In this document: piece by piece, positions 55,792-64,000 of the stretch
Position numbering within the stretch: position 1 is the first letter of the stretch
Layout of the letters: each line of letters begins with the position of its first letter
Assembly: GCA_009380045.1 (NCBI GenBank)
Contig: WHSN01000004.1
Coordinates: forward strand, 1,456 to 65,455
Origin: Luteitalea sp.
GTDB lineage: Bacteria; Acidobacteriota; Vicinamibacteria; Vicinamibacterales; CAVVIG01
Direction of reading: 5' to 3'
Length of the DNA: 64,000 nucleotides
Program-made: the position numbers and the translations under genes
The notes under the pieces: model-generated
Told to the model about the DNA's origin: nothing
Seen by the model: only the letters and a program-made list of their open reading frames with translations
Databases searched by the model: none

Positions 55792-57482
55792 TTGAAGGCG
55801 CCATCCACCCGCGATATCGTGGAGCCGTGACCGAACAGCTTCAGCTCGTTGAGCTCCTGGACTTCCGCCCAGATGAGGGCATCATCCGGCTGCACGAGCA
55901 GCGGGTGGTCATCCTGAGCGCCGCCGCGATGGGGCTGTTGCGGAAGGAGCTGATCGACACTCTGGGAATCGAGACCGCCCGATGTCTCATGCTCAGGTTT
56001 GGCTTCGCCGACGGCTACCACGACGCGGTGAGCCTGCGCGATCGATCGTCATCGGCCGACTCGATCGAAGCGTTCCGAACCGGGACGGTGGTTCACTCGC
56101 TCGAGGGCATCGTTCGTGTCGACCTGACCTCGATTGAATTCGATCAGGAGAGCGGCCGGTTCGAGGCGCACGAGAGCTGGCACGACTCATACGTCGCCGA
56201 GCAACACGTCCACCATTACGGAACGGTCGATCAACCGGTCTGCTGGTCGCTCGCCGGTTATGCCAGCGGGTTCGCCAGCGCGTGTTTCGAGAGGGAAATC
56301 TACTTTCAAGAGACCTCGTGCATCGGCCAGGGCGAACCCGTGTGCACCGTCGTCGGAAAGGACGCCCTGAGCTGGGGCGCCGCCGTTGAAGGGCTGCGTC
56401 TGGATTTCCATGGCGCGAACCTGGGACGGGAAGTCGAGCGGTTGCGGGCCGCGGTCCGCAGACAATTGCACGATCTGTCGCGGCGGGAACGGCACCTGGA
56501 AACACGTGAGCGAGAGCTGGACGTGCTGCGAGCACGCATCGCTCGCCAGACCGAGGCCAACCACTTCATTGCTCGCAGCACCGCCATGCAGGACGTGCTC
56601 GAGCTGGCGGCGCGCGTCGCACCGATCGACACCACCGTGCTCGTGTACGGCGAGAGTGGCACCGGTAAAGAATTCATCGTCCGGATGATTCACGATCAGA
56701 GCTCGCGCGCGTCGGCCCCGTTCGTGTCGGTGAATTGCGCCGCCTTGACGGAAACGCTCCTCGAATCGGAGCTGTTCGGGCATGTGCGGGGCGCGTTCAC
56801 CGGTGCCTCGCGCGACAAGGCTGGACTGTTCGAGGTGGCGGGACACGGGACGTTGTTTCTCGACGAGATCGGTGAAGTCGCGCCGACGGTCCAGGCGAAG
56901 CTGCTGCGCGCGCTGCAGGAGCGCGAGATCCGCCGGGTCGGGGCCGAACGGACCCTCAAGGTGCATGCGCGGGTCGTCGCCGCCACCAATCGCGACTTGA
57001 AGAACGCGGTCGCGCGGGGGACGTTCCGTGAAGACCTCTACTTCCGTCTCGGCGCCTTCGTGATCACGGTTCCGCCTCTGCGCGATCGCCGTGAGGACAT
57101 CCCAGCCCTCGTTCACGAATTCGTGCGCCGGGCCGGAATCCGCGTGAAGAAGGACGTGAAGACGGTGTCGGCGGAAGCGATGACCGCGCTGATCAACTAT
57201 GAATGGCCGGGCAACGTCCGGGAGCTCGAACACGCGATCGAGCGCGCCGTCATCCTGGCGCACGGATCGAGCGTCACGGTACGCGAGCTGCCTCCCGAGA
57301 TCTCACAACGCAAACGAAGCGCCGGGGTCGGCGGCCCGCTGAACCTCCGATCGCAGGAACGTGACCTGATCCAACGCGCCCTCGAGCGCTACAAAGGCAA
57401 CCGGAAGAGAGCTGCCGAGGCCCTCCACATCAGCACCGTCACGCTCTGGCGCAAGATGAAGGAGTACGAGCTGACGGCATGA
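55788..57482 (+). CDS. Sigma-54-dependent transcriptional activator, XylR/DmpR type (XylR_N + V4R sensor, AAA+, Fis-type HTH)
   Basis: LDFRPDEGIIRLHEQRVVILSAAAMGLLRKELIDTLG, VCWSLAGYASGFASACF, GESGTGKE, GAFTGA, ATNRDL, WPGNVRELEH, C-terminal AAEALHISTVTLWRKMKEY. Start GTG 55788 (alternative GTG 55827). Confidence 0.9.
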   Translation: MIEGAIHPRYRGAVTEQLQLVELLDFRPDEGIIRLHEQRVVILSAAAMGLLRKELIDTLGIETARCLMLRFGFADGYHDAVSLRDRSSSADSIEAFRTGTVVHSLEGIVRVDLTSIEFDQESGRFEAHESWHDSYVAEQHVHHYGTVDQPVCWSLAGYASGFASACFEREIYFQETSCIGQGEPVCTVVGKDALSWGAAVEGLRLDFHGANLGREVERLRAAVRRQLHDLSRRERHLETRERELDVLRARIARQTEANHFIARSTAMQDVLELAARVAPIDTTVLVYGESGTGKEFIVRMIHDQSSRASAPFVSVNCAALTETLLESELFGHVRGAFTGASRDKAGLFEVAGHGTLFLDEIGEVAPTVQAKLLRALQEREIRRVGAERTLKVHARVVAATNRDLKNAVARGTFREDLYFRLGAFVITVPPLRDRREDIPALVHEFVRRAGIRVKKDVKTVSAEAMTALINYEWPGNVRELEHAIERAVILAHGSSVTVRELPPEISQRKRSAGVGGPLNLRSQERDLIQRALERYKGNRKRAAEALHISTVTLWRKMKEYELTA

Positions 57483-57525
57483 GGTCGAGGGCTCGGTGCC
57501 GCGAGAACCATTGATTGCGCTCCTT

Positions 57526-57567
57526 CTGTTGGCTGAGCGTGGCCGGCTGTTGGCTGAGCGTGGCCGG
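57526..57567. repeat. Perfect 21-bp tandem duplication (CTGTTGGCTGAGCGTGGCCGG x2)
   Basis: Read directly, in the convergent intergenic space between the activator and the atoE-like gene. Confidence 0.9.
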
Positions 57568-57609
57568 GCGCTACGACGTCAACGGTACTCTTCCCGCTGA
57601 AGCGGTTCC

Positions 57610-59057
57610 TCACAGCGGATATGAAAGCGTCCACCCCAGCAGCGTCACCAGCACGATCACGACCGGCGTCAGGGCGAGGAACACGACGAACGTGTAGCCG
57701 AGGATGTCGCGCGCCCGCAATTGAAAGACGCCCAGAACCGGCAACATCCAGAACGGCTGAATCAGGTTCGCCAGTGCTTCGCCCAGATCGTAGGACGCCA
57801 CGATCCAGCCGAGGTGCACCTCGAGCTGGTGGGCGGCCTCGATGACATATGGCCCTCGATGACCCACTTCGATCCGCCGGAGGGAACGAAGACGCCCAGC
57901 ACCGCCGAGTAGATGGCGACGACAGCCGGGTAGGTGAACGGCGTCGAGATGCCGACGAAGGCCCCGGCCAGCTGCTCGTTCAGGTGCGTCCCGGTGATGA
58001 TGCCGGCGATGCCGGCGTAGAACGGGTACTGCAGAATCACCCCCCACACCGCCGGCGTCGCCTTCCGCACTGCATGCAGCAGCCGCACCGGAGTGCCGTG
58101 CAGCAGCAAGCCGGCGAGCAGGAAGACGAAGTTGATGATGTTGATGTTCAGCGCGTTCAACGGTTCGGGCGCCGCCATCAGGTAGCGCCAGACGTAGGTG
58201 ACGCCGAGCGCCACGATCACCCAGCTGAGAATCGGCGAGTACTCGAGCCACGTCCCCGGCGTCGGCGCTCGCCGCGGTATCGCGGCGTCATCGGCTTCAG
58301 TGAGGTCGATTCCCAAGTCGGCTGCCGTGCGCGCGCGATGCGCCGGCGGCGCCGCCATCCACATCACCGCCGCGACGACCACGATCTCGACAGCCACGGA
58401 GACGAAGCTTTGCCACAGGAAGATCGTGTCGGTGAACCCGATGATGCCGCCAGGGACCAGCCCGTCCCGCGCCACGATGGTCCGGATGCTCTCTTGCAGC
58501 GCCCCCGGCGTCGCCATTTGTAGCGCCGCCGACCCGCTCAGCCCTTGCGCCCAGACACTGCCAAGACCAAGCACGCTGGCCGCAGCCACTGCGCGGTAGT
58601 CCACACCCGGCAGCGAGCGCGCCACCTGCTTGGCGAGCACCGATGTGAACGCGAGGCTGAATCCCCAGTTGAACCAGGAGCTGACCATCGCGAAAATCGC
58701 CACCACCATCACGCCGCCGCGGGGCGTTCGCGGCACGTGCGCCAGTACGTTGATCAGGCGGGTCACCGGCGGCGCGCTGGCGAGCACATAACCCGTGATG
58801 ATGACCAGCGACATCTGCATCGTGAACGGCACGAGCTCCCAGAACGTGTTGCCCCAGACATCGACAATCTCCAGCGGCGCGGTCGGCGTGGTGAGCCACG
58901 CGGCCGCGATGACGATCACCGTCGCCAGCAAGGCGAAGATGAAGGCATCGGGCACCCAGCGTTCGGTCCAGTCGGTCAAGGCAAGGGCCAGCCTCGCAAC
59001 TGGTCCGGCGCGTTCAGGGTCGGCGGGTGGGACGGGTGGTATGGCGTCGGTTTGCAT
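57610..59057 (-). CDS. atoE: Short-chain fatty acid transporter (AtoE/SCFA_trans family), reading frame broken by an apparent 1-nt deletion near 57850
   Basis: LTDWTERWVPDAFIFALLATVIV...FVPSGGSKWVIEG in one frame, continuing as PYVIEAAHQLEVHLGWIVASYDLGEALANLIQPFWMLPVLG...TLSYPL in the next. Span length 1448 nt is not a multiple of 3. Confidence 0.8.
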
Positions 59058-59817
59058 GGCGTGTGGGGTCAGATCCGCTGTGCGCCAGGGACGCGGCGCG
59101 CGAGCGGTGAACACGGTGACCAATGGTCACGCCGATGGTAATGCCTCCGTGGATCCGCGGCATCGGCAAAATTGCTGACACTGCGGAGCCGCCCCGTCAC
59201 TGCCGCCCGCAGGTTCGACGTCGGCAACGTCGGTCGCCGGAGCTGACGTGCGCCGCCTTCCGCACCCGCAACAGCAACCAGTCACCCGCAGCTCGAATTC
59301 TCGGCAGGCATACCCGCCTCGATCGCAGATGCCGGGATGTCTCGAGCGCCCTCGTCAGCCGCCAGGTCCCGTGCCTCGAGCGGCGGCCCCGCTCCAGGCA
59401 TCGTCACCCTGACGCCGACTGAAGTCACCCTCGAACGCGCCTTTTACCAGCGGGCTTCGTCTGGCCAACACGATTGCGGCGGCAAATGCCGGAAACCCGG
59501 CCGATCAAATCTGGATAGGATCTTGCGGTTCGACGTCCAGTCCGCCTGACCGGAAGACCGGCGGCATGGGAGCCGGCAGGTCCCGTTTCGGTGGCTGGGG
59601 CCAGCACCGGGGGCGGTCGCCGCGACGATGGTATTCGCTCTCGAAGGCCGCAGAGCGCTTGTTCGCTCTGGGCCCGCATCGACGGTCGTTCCTGCGAATG
59701 CGGAGTGGCGCTCCGGGGGGCATCAACCGTCGTGACCAGAGGCTTCCACGGACCGTGCAGGAACGAGCCGGATGTCGCAGGTAACAGGCAGCCAACAATT
59801 TCTCGAGTGAGGAAGCG

Positions 59818-60969
59818 ATGAAGAGAGCAACCGGTGCTGGTTTCGCAACAGTGATGACCCTGGTGGCCGTGCTGTCCATGCCAGGCGGGCAGGGCTTGCA
59901 CGCGCAGGCACAGGGAAGCGACGTCGTCACGCTGCGATCAAGTCAGGTCAACGCCCAGTCAACCGCCTCGTACTGGACGGCCGACCGCCTCGCCGCTGCG
60001 CAACCACTGCTCCCCATTCCAGCGTTTGCGCCCCGGACGGAGCTGGAGCGCCAGGCAGAGGGCGCCTCACAGGGCGCCTCGGGCCGCGCACCGAGCGTGG
60101 CGGTGCAGCCGTCAAAGAACCGGCTCTATGACCCGGCCTCGGTCAAGATCGAGGCGGAGAGAACGTCGGAAGCGATCGTCCGGCCGAACGATGAAGGCAC
60201 CTTCGCCGCTCCGTATACGAGCTCTCGCGTGATTCCCCTTTCCGCCGATTTGGAGTACCCCTACCGCGCGGCCGGCAAGCTGTTTTTCACCATCCCCGGT
60301 CAAGGCGACTTCGTGTGCTCTGCGTCGGTGATTCAGCTTCGTGTCGTCGCGACGGCCGGCCACTGCGTGCACAGCGGCAGCGACGGCGCGGCCGGATTCT
60401 ACGCCAACTTTCTTTTCGTTCCGGCCTTCAGAGACGGCATCGTGCCGCTGAAGCAGTGGAAATGGGCGTTCGTGGCTGTGCCGGGCACCTGGTCCACGGG
60501 CGGCGGCGTGGTGCCGAACGCGGCTGACTACGCCATGCTGGAGGTGGCGGACAAGACGTTCGACGGCGTGTATCGTCGAGTCGGCGAAATTACCGGCTGG
60601 CTCGGCTGGCAGACGCTGAGCCTGGAGCGCAACCACACGACGAAACTGGGTTACCCGTGCAACATCGACGCCTGCCAGAAGATGCACCAGGAGATCTCCG
60701 GCAGCTTCCGTACTGCCGCTCCCAACAACGTCGAGTACGGCTCGCACTCGCGAGGTGGCTCGAGCGGCGGACCGTGGATTCAGAACTTCGGGGTGCCTGG
60801 AGACGGGCAAACCGGCGGAGTGAACCCGGGAACCAATCGCGTCGTCGGTATCACCTCCTACGGCTACGTCGCGACGGATCCCAAGGTGCAGGGTGCGTCG
60901 ATTCTGGACAACCGGTGGGTGAAGCTTCTCAATCGGGTGTGCGCCAACCGCGCCGGAAACTGCTCGTAG
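59818..60969 (+). CDS. Secreted trypsin-like (S1 family) serine peptidase
   Basis: Signal peptide. VATAGHCV (His), ADYAMLEV (Asp), RGGSSGGPW (Ser). Confidence 0.85.
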   Translation: MKRATGAGFATVMTLVAVLSMPGGQGLHAQAQGSDVVTLRSSQVNAQSTASYWTADRLAAAQPLLPIPAFAPRTELERQAEGASQGASGRAPSVAVQPSKNRLYDPASVKIEAERTSEAIVRPNDEGTFAAPYTSSRVIPLSADLEYPYRAAGKLFFTIPGQGDFVCSASVIQLRVVATAGHCVHSGSDGAAGFYANFLFVPAFRDGIVPLKQWKWAFVAVPGTWSTGGGVVPNAADYAMLEVADKTFDGVYRRVGEITGWLGWQTLSLERNHTTKLGYPCNIDACQKMHQEISGSFRTAAPNNVEYGSHSRGGSSGGPWIQNFGVPGDGQTGGVNPGTNRVVGITSYGYVATDPKVQGASILDNRWVKLLNRVCANRAGNCS

Positions 60970-61134
60970 TCGGCACGGCGTCATGCGCCGGAGGTGCGGG
61001 TGTAGAGCGCATCCGCACGTTCATTCCGCCGGCGGCAACACGTTCGCCCGACCGATCGCCCGGGTTCGAAGGTTCTCGCGGATCGGTGCTAGGCTGTCAC
61101 GACGCGCAACGGGACACCACACCTTCCCCCTGAC

Positions 61135-62673
61135 ATGACCCCGCCGGCGAGCTCACTCGGCGACGACGGCACCGGCCCGGCCTTCGAGGACGCCGGCGAG
61201 AATCTCGATCGGCTGGTCCGCCCCCGCGGCTGGCGGAACCCGCAACCCCGGGGCATCTACGACCTCGTCGTCATCGGCGGCGGCACCGCCGGCCTGGTCA
61301 GCGCCGTGGGCGCGGCCGGCCTCGGTGCGCGGGTCGCCCTGGTCGAACGTGACCGCCTTGGCGGCGACTGCTTGAACACGGGCTGCGTTCCCTCGAAGGC
61401 GATCCTCAGAACAGCCCGTGCAGTCGGCGAAATTCGCCGCGCCCCTGACCTTGGAGTGCACGCCGGGGACGTCGGCGTCGACTTCGGCGCCGTCATGCAC
61501 CGCATGAGCCAGCGCCGTGTCCGACTCGCCCCCAACGACTCGGCGGAGCGGATGGCACGGCTCGGAATCGACCTGTATTTCGGGGCAGGGTCATTCAGGA
61601 GCCGGCGCGAGCTTTCGCTCGGCTCCACGCCGCTCCCGTTTCGGCGCGCCATCATTGCCACAGGCAGCCGTCCAGCGGTTCCACCCATCGAGGGTCTCGC
61701 CGCCACGCCTTACCTCACGAACGAAACCGTGTTCGATTTGACCGAGCGTCCCAAACGCCTGCTCGTCATCGGCGCCGGACCTGTCGGCTGCGAGCTGTCT
61801 CAGGCCTTTGCCCGCCTGGGCGCCGATGTCGTGCTCTTCGACTCGAGCCCCCGCATCCTGCCCAACGACGACCCGGACGGATCCATCGTCGTTCAGCGCG
61901 CATTGACTGGCGACGGCGTTCAGCTGAAGCTTGGCACGAACATCACGCGCGTCTCGCGGCGTGGCGAAGCGCTCGTGGTGGGTTTCAGGCAGTCGCCGAA
62001 TCATCCTGACGAAGAGAGCGAGGGCGACCGGCTCCTGATCGCGACCGGTCGAACGCCTGAGGTGTCGGGGCTGGACCTCGAGCGGGCCGGCGTTGAGGTC
62101 GGACCGAAAGGCGTCGTCGTTGACGATCGCCTGAGAACCACCAACCGCCACGTGTACGCCGCCGGTGACGTCTGCTCGCGGTTCCAGTTCACGCACGCCG
62201 CCGACGCCATGGCGCGGATCGCCATCCAGAACGCGCTGTTTTTCGGCCGCCGGAAGGCCAGCGCGCTCACGATTCCGTGGTGCACGTATACGGACCCGCA
62301 AGTGGCGCACGTCGGCCTGTTTTCCGACAGCGCTGGCGCGCGACACCTCCACGTTCAGACGATTACGGTGCCCCTGGCCGAGGTCGATCGCGGCGTGCTC
62401 GACGATGAGACCGAAGGGTTCCTGCGAGTGCATCACCTGCGCGGCCGCCTCGTGGGTTGCACCATCGTGTCTTCGCAGGCGGGCGATCTGATCGGCCTTG
62501 CCAGCAACCTGATCGGCCGCCGCGCGAAGCTGGCGGAGCTCTCCTCCACCATCTTTCCGTATCCAACGCAGATGGAAGCGTACCGGAAGGCCGGCGACGC
62601 CTACAGGCGCACGCGGCTCACGCGCCCGGTTCGTCGCGCGTTCGAGCGCTACTTCGAGCTCGCGCGATGGTAG
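61135..62673 (+). CDS. FAD-dependent pyridine nucleotide-disulfide oxidoreductase (dihydrolipoamide dehydrogenase / mercuric reductase-like)
   Basis: YDLVVIGGGTAGL, redox-active GGDCLNTGCVPSK, second Rossmann LLVIGAGPVGCELSQ, YAAGDV, C-terminal dimerisation domain. Confidence 0.85.
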   Translation: MTPPASSLGDDGTGPAFEDAGENLDRLVRPRGWRNPQPRGIYDLVVIGGGTAGLVSAVGAAGLGARVALVERDRLGGDCLNTGCVPSKAILRTARAVGEIRRAPDLGVHAGDVGVDFGAVMHRMSQRRVRLAPNDSAERMARLGIDLYFGAGSFRSRRELSLGSTPLPFRRAIIATGSRPAVPPIEGLAATPYLTNETVFDLTERPKRLLVIGAGPVGCELSQAFARLGADVVLFDSSPRILPNDDPDGSIVVQRALTGDGVQLKLGTNITRVSRRGEALVVGFRQSPNHPDEESEGDRLLIATGRTPEVSGLDLERAGVEVGPKGVVVDDRLRTTNRHVYAAGDVCSRFQFTHAADAMARIAIQNALFFGRRKASALTIPWCTYTDPQVAHVGLFSDSAGARHLHVQTITVPLAEVDRGVLDDETEGFLRVHHLRGRLVGCTIVSSQAGDLIGLASNLIGRRAKLAELSSTIFPYPTQMEAYRKAGDAYRRTRLTRPVRRAFERYFELARW

Positions 62674-62855
62674 CCGGCCGGAGGGAAATCCCGGCGGTGC
62701 TCTATACTCCGCTCGACGGCGACGCCGTGGTCCTCCTTCCGATCCCTGGCGGGTGCGACAGCGAACGGCGGGAGACGATCGAGCAGCGATGAGCACGCGC
62801 GCCCGGCTGGAGGCGGCCCCTGCAGCGTCGGCGCATCGTTGGACAACGAGAACAG

Positions 62856-63623
62856 GTGAGAAACACGATGACGACCACTTCGTCAAAGCCTTCGATCCCG
62901 TGGTTGGTCCTGCTCGGCGCCGCGCTTGTCGTGGTGTCAGCCATTCTCCTGTTGGCCGCGCCGTTGGGCTACGTGACGGGCACGCTCCCCCTCCGTACGG
63001 CGTTGCTCACGGTGTTCGTCTGGGGCGCCTATGCCGCTGCAGCGGCGGCGGTCGTGTCTCTCGCCGGCCTGGTCCTGACACTGCGACGCCCGAAGGGCGC
63101 ACGACGGGGTCTCGCCCTGGCCGCGCTCAGCTTCCTGCTGGCCACGTCGTTCATCGCCATTCCCGGTCGATTTCGACTGGGAGACCCCAAGCCGCCGATC
63201 CATGACATCTCGACCGATACACAGGATCCGCCGCAGTTTGTCGCCGTCCTGCCGCTGCGAGCGAATGCGCCGAACACAACCGTCTATGGCGGGGAGAAGA
63301 TCGCGACCCAGCAGCGCGCGGCGTATCCCGACCTTCAGCCGTACGTGATGAACATGCCGCCCGCCCAGGCGTTCGAGCGCGCGCTTGCTGCCGTCCGCAC
63401 GATTGGGTGGGATCTGGTCGCCGCCGAGGCGTCCGATGGGAGGATTGAAGCCACGGACACCACCTTCTGGTTCCGGTTCAAGGACGACGTGATTATTCGC
63501 ATCAGGCCGTCCGGCGCCGGAAGCCGCGTGGACGTCCGTTCGCTTTCGCGGGTTGGCGGAGGCGACGTCGGCACCAACGCGGCGCGCATTCGCGCTTATT
63601 TCGACGTGCTCAAGGCGAGCTGA
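62856..63623 (+). CDS. DUF1499 family membrane-anchored protein
   Basis: N-terminal TM helices, then PPIHDISTDTQDPPQF...AYPDL...GGGDVGTNAARIRAYF. Confidence 0.8.
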   Translation: MRNTMTTTSSKPSIPWLVLLGAALVVVSAILLLAAPLGYVTGTLPLRTALLTVFVWGAYAAAAAAVVSLAGLVLTLRRPKGARRGLALAALSFLLATSFIAIPGRFRLGDPKPPIHDISTDTQDPPQFVAVLPLRANAPNTTVYGGEKIATQQRAAYPDLQPYVMNMPPAQAFERALAAVRTIGWDLVAAEASDGRIEATDTTFWFRFKDDVIIRIRPSGAGSRVDVRSLSRVGGGDVGTNAARIRAYFDVLKAS

Positions 63624-64000
63624 CGATGCCGCGGAGCACCCGTCTCGCCGTGCGCGTGACAATCGTGGTCACCGCCACGGTCGCCACGAGCCCGACCGCG
63701 AACATCGCCTGCTGGCCAGGCGTTCGGCGGAGCTCACCGGCGAGCAGCGCGGCGACGCTCTGGGCGGCAGAACCCAGGTAGATGTACATGAGCGTGCCGG
63801 GGAACATTCCGATCCATGACGCGAGCACGTAGGTCTTGAACGGGACCGACGAAAGCCCGAACGCGTAGTTCAGCAGGTTGAAGGGAAAGAGCGGCGATAA
63901 GCGCGTGAGCAGCACGACCTTGAATGCTTCGCTCTCGACCGCGCGGCCGATGGCGTTGAGCGCCGGGTGGCCGGCCATTCGGCCGGCGATCCACTCGTGC
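63610..64000 (-). CDS. TVP38/TMEM64 (DedA/SNARE-associated) family membrane protein, N-terminus outside the window
   Basis: AFKVVLLTRLSPLFPFNLLNYAFGLSSVPFKTYVLASWIGMFPGT. The frame stays open to the window edge (HEWIAGR upstream of the listed Met). Confidence 0.8.
   Translation of the reverse strand, partial: HEWIAGRMAGHPALNAIGRAVESEAFKVVLLTRLSPLFPFNLLNYAFGLSSVPFKTYVLASWIGMFPGTLMYIYLGSAAQSVAALLAGELRRTPGQQAMFAVGLVATVAVTTIVTRTARRVLRGIVSSP

Noticed and set aside
1-64000. tRNA, rRNA or CRISPR content.
   Set aside because: I found no T-arm-like GGTTCGAATCC (or its complement) with a matching stem, no rRNA-like conserved blocks, and no array of regularly spaced repeats. The only tandem repeat (57526-57567) has two copies and no spacers. 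This was a by-eye scan, so a small RNA could have been missed.

Overview
GC-rich bacterial chromosomal segment (about two-thirds G+C by eye, not computed). It is most consistent with Acidobacteriota, because it carries six roughly 800-1000 aa TonB-dependent receptors (TBDRs), all with an N-terminal CarboxypepD_reg-type domain, plus one decayed copy. The taxon call is inference. I can support about 45 protein-coding genes.

Main gene content:
- A DUF1326/DUF2182 pair next to a PQQ-dependent alcohol dehydrogenase and its dihaem cytochrome c.
- A siderophore-type uptake module: ABC ATPase, two DUF3526-like permeases, a PepSY-TM protein and a TBDR.
- A minus-strand block of a secreted MBL hydrolase, two tandem TBDRs and a haem c / PHM-like / TPR fusion protein.
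- metX-metY plus a CoA-binding gene.
- OsmC followed by a flavin monooxygenase-like gene.
- A large secreted amidase.
- A stress cluster: USP, CBS-containing IMPDH-like protein and Dps.
- A XylR/DmpR-type sigma-54 activator beside an AtoE-like transporter.
- A secreted S1 protease.
- A CxxxxC flavoprotein disulfide reductase, DUF1499 and a TVP38/DedA-like protein.

I saw no rRNA, tRNA, CRISPR array, intact mobile element or recognisable defence system.

Most worth a second look:
1. The lanthanide-type D-Y-D signature in the PQQ dehydrogenase, and its position beside uncharacterised metal-related genes and a TonB/ABC/PepSY module.
2. The flavoprotein gene whose FAD-binding GxGxxG motif lies upstream of every canonical start codon. 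It is in frame with osmC across a single TAG, and an SD-spaced ATC is present.
3. A 104-codon ORF joined by a GTGA overlap to the sigma-54 activator.
4. The haem c-PHM/DBH-like-TPR protein at the end of the tandem TBDR block.
5. A gene-decay zone (about 42.9-50.6 kb) holding a 5'-truncated, internally deleted TBDR, an IS66-family transposase relic and a multiply broken OmpR-type response regulator.
6. Single-base frame breaks in two otherwise intact genes (a TBDR and the atoE-like gene), which could be assembly errors.

All family assignments come from motif recognition by eye. No database search was run.
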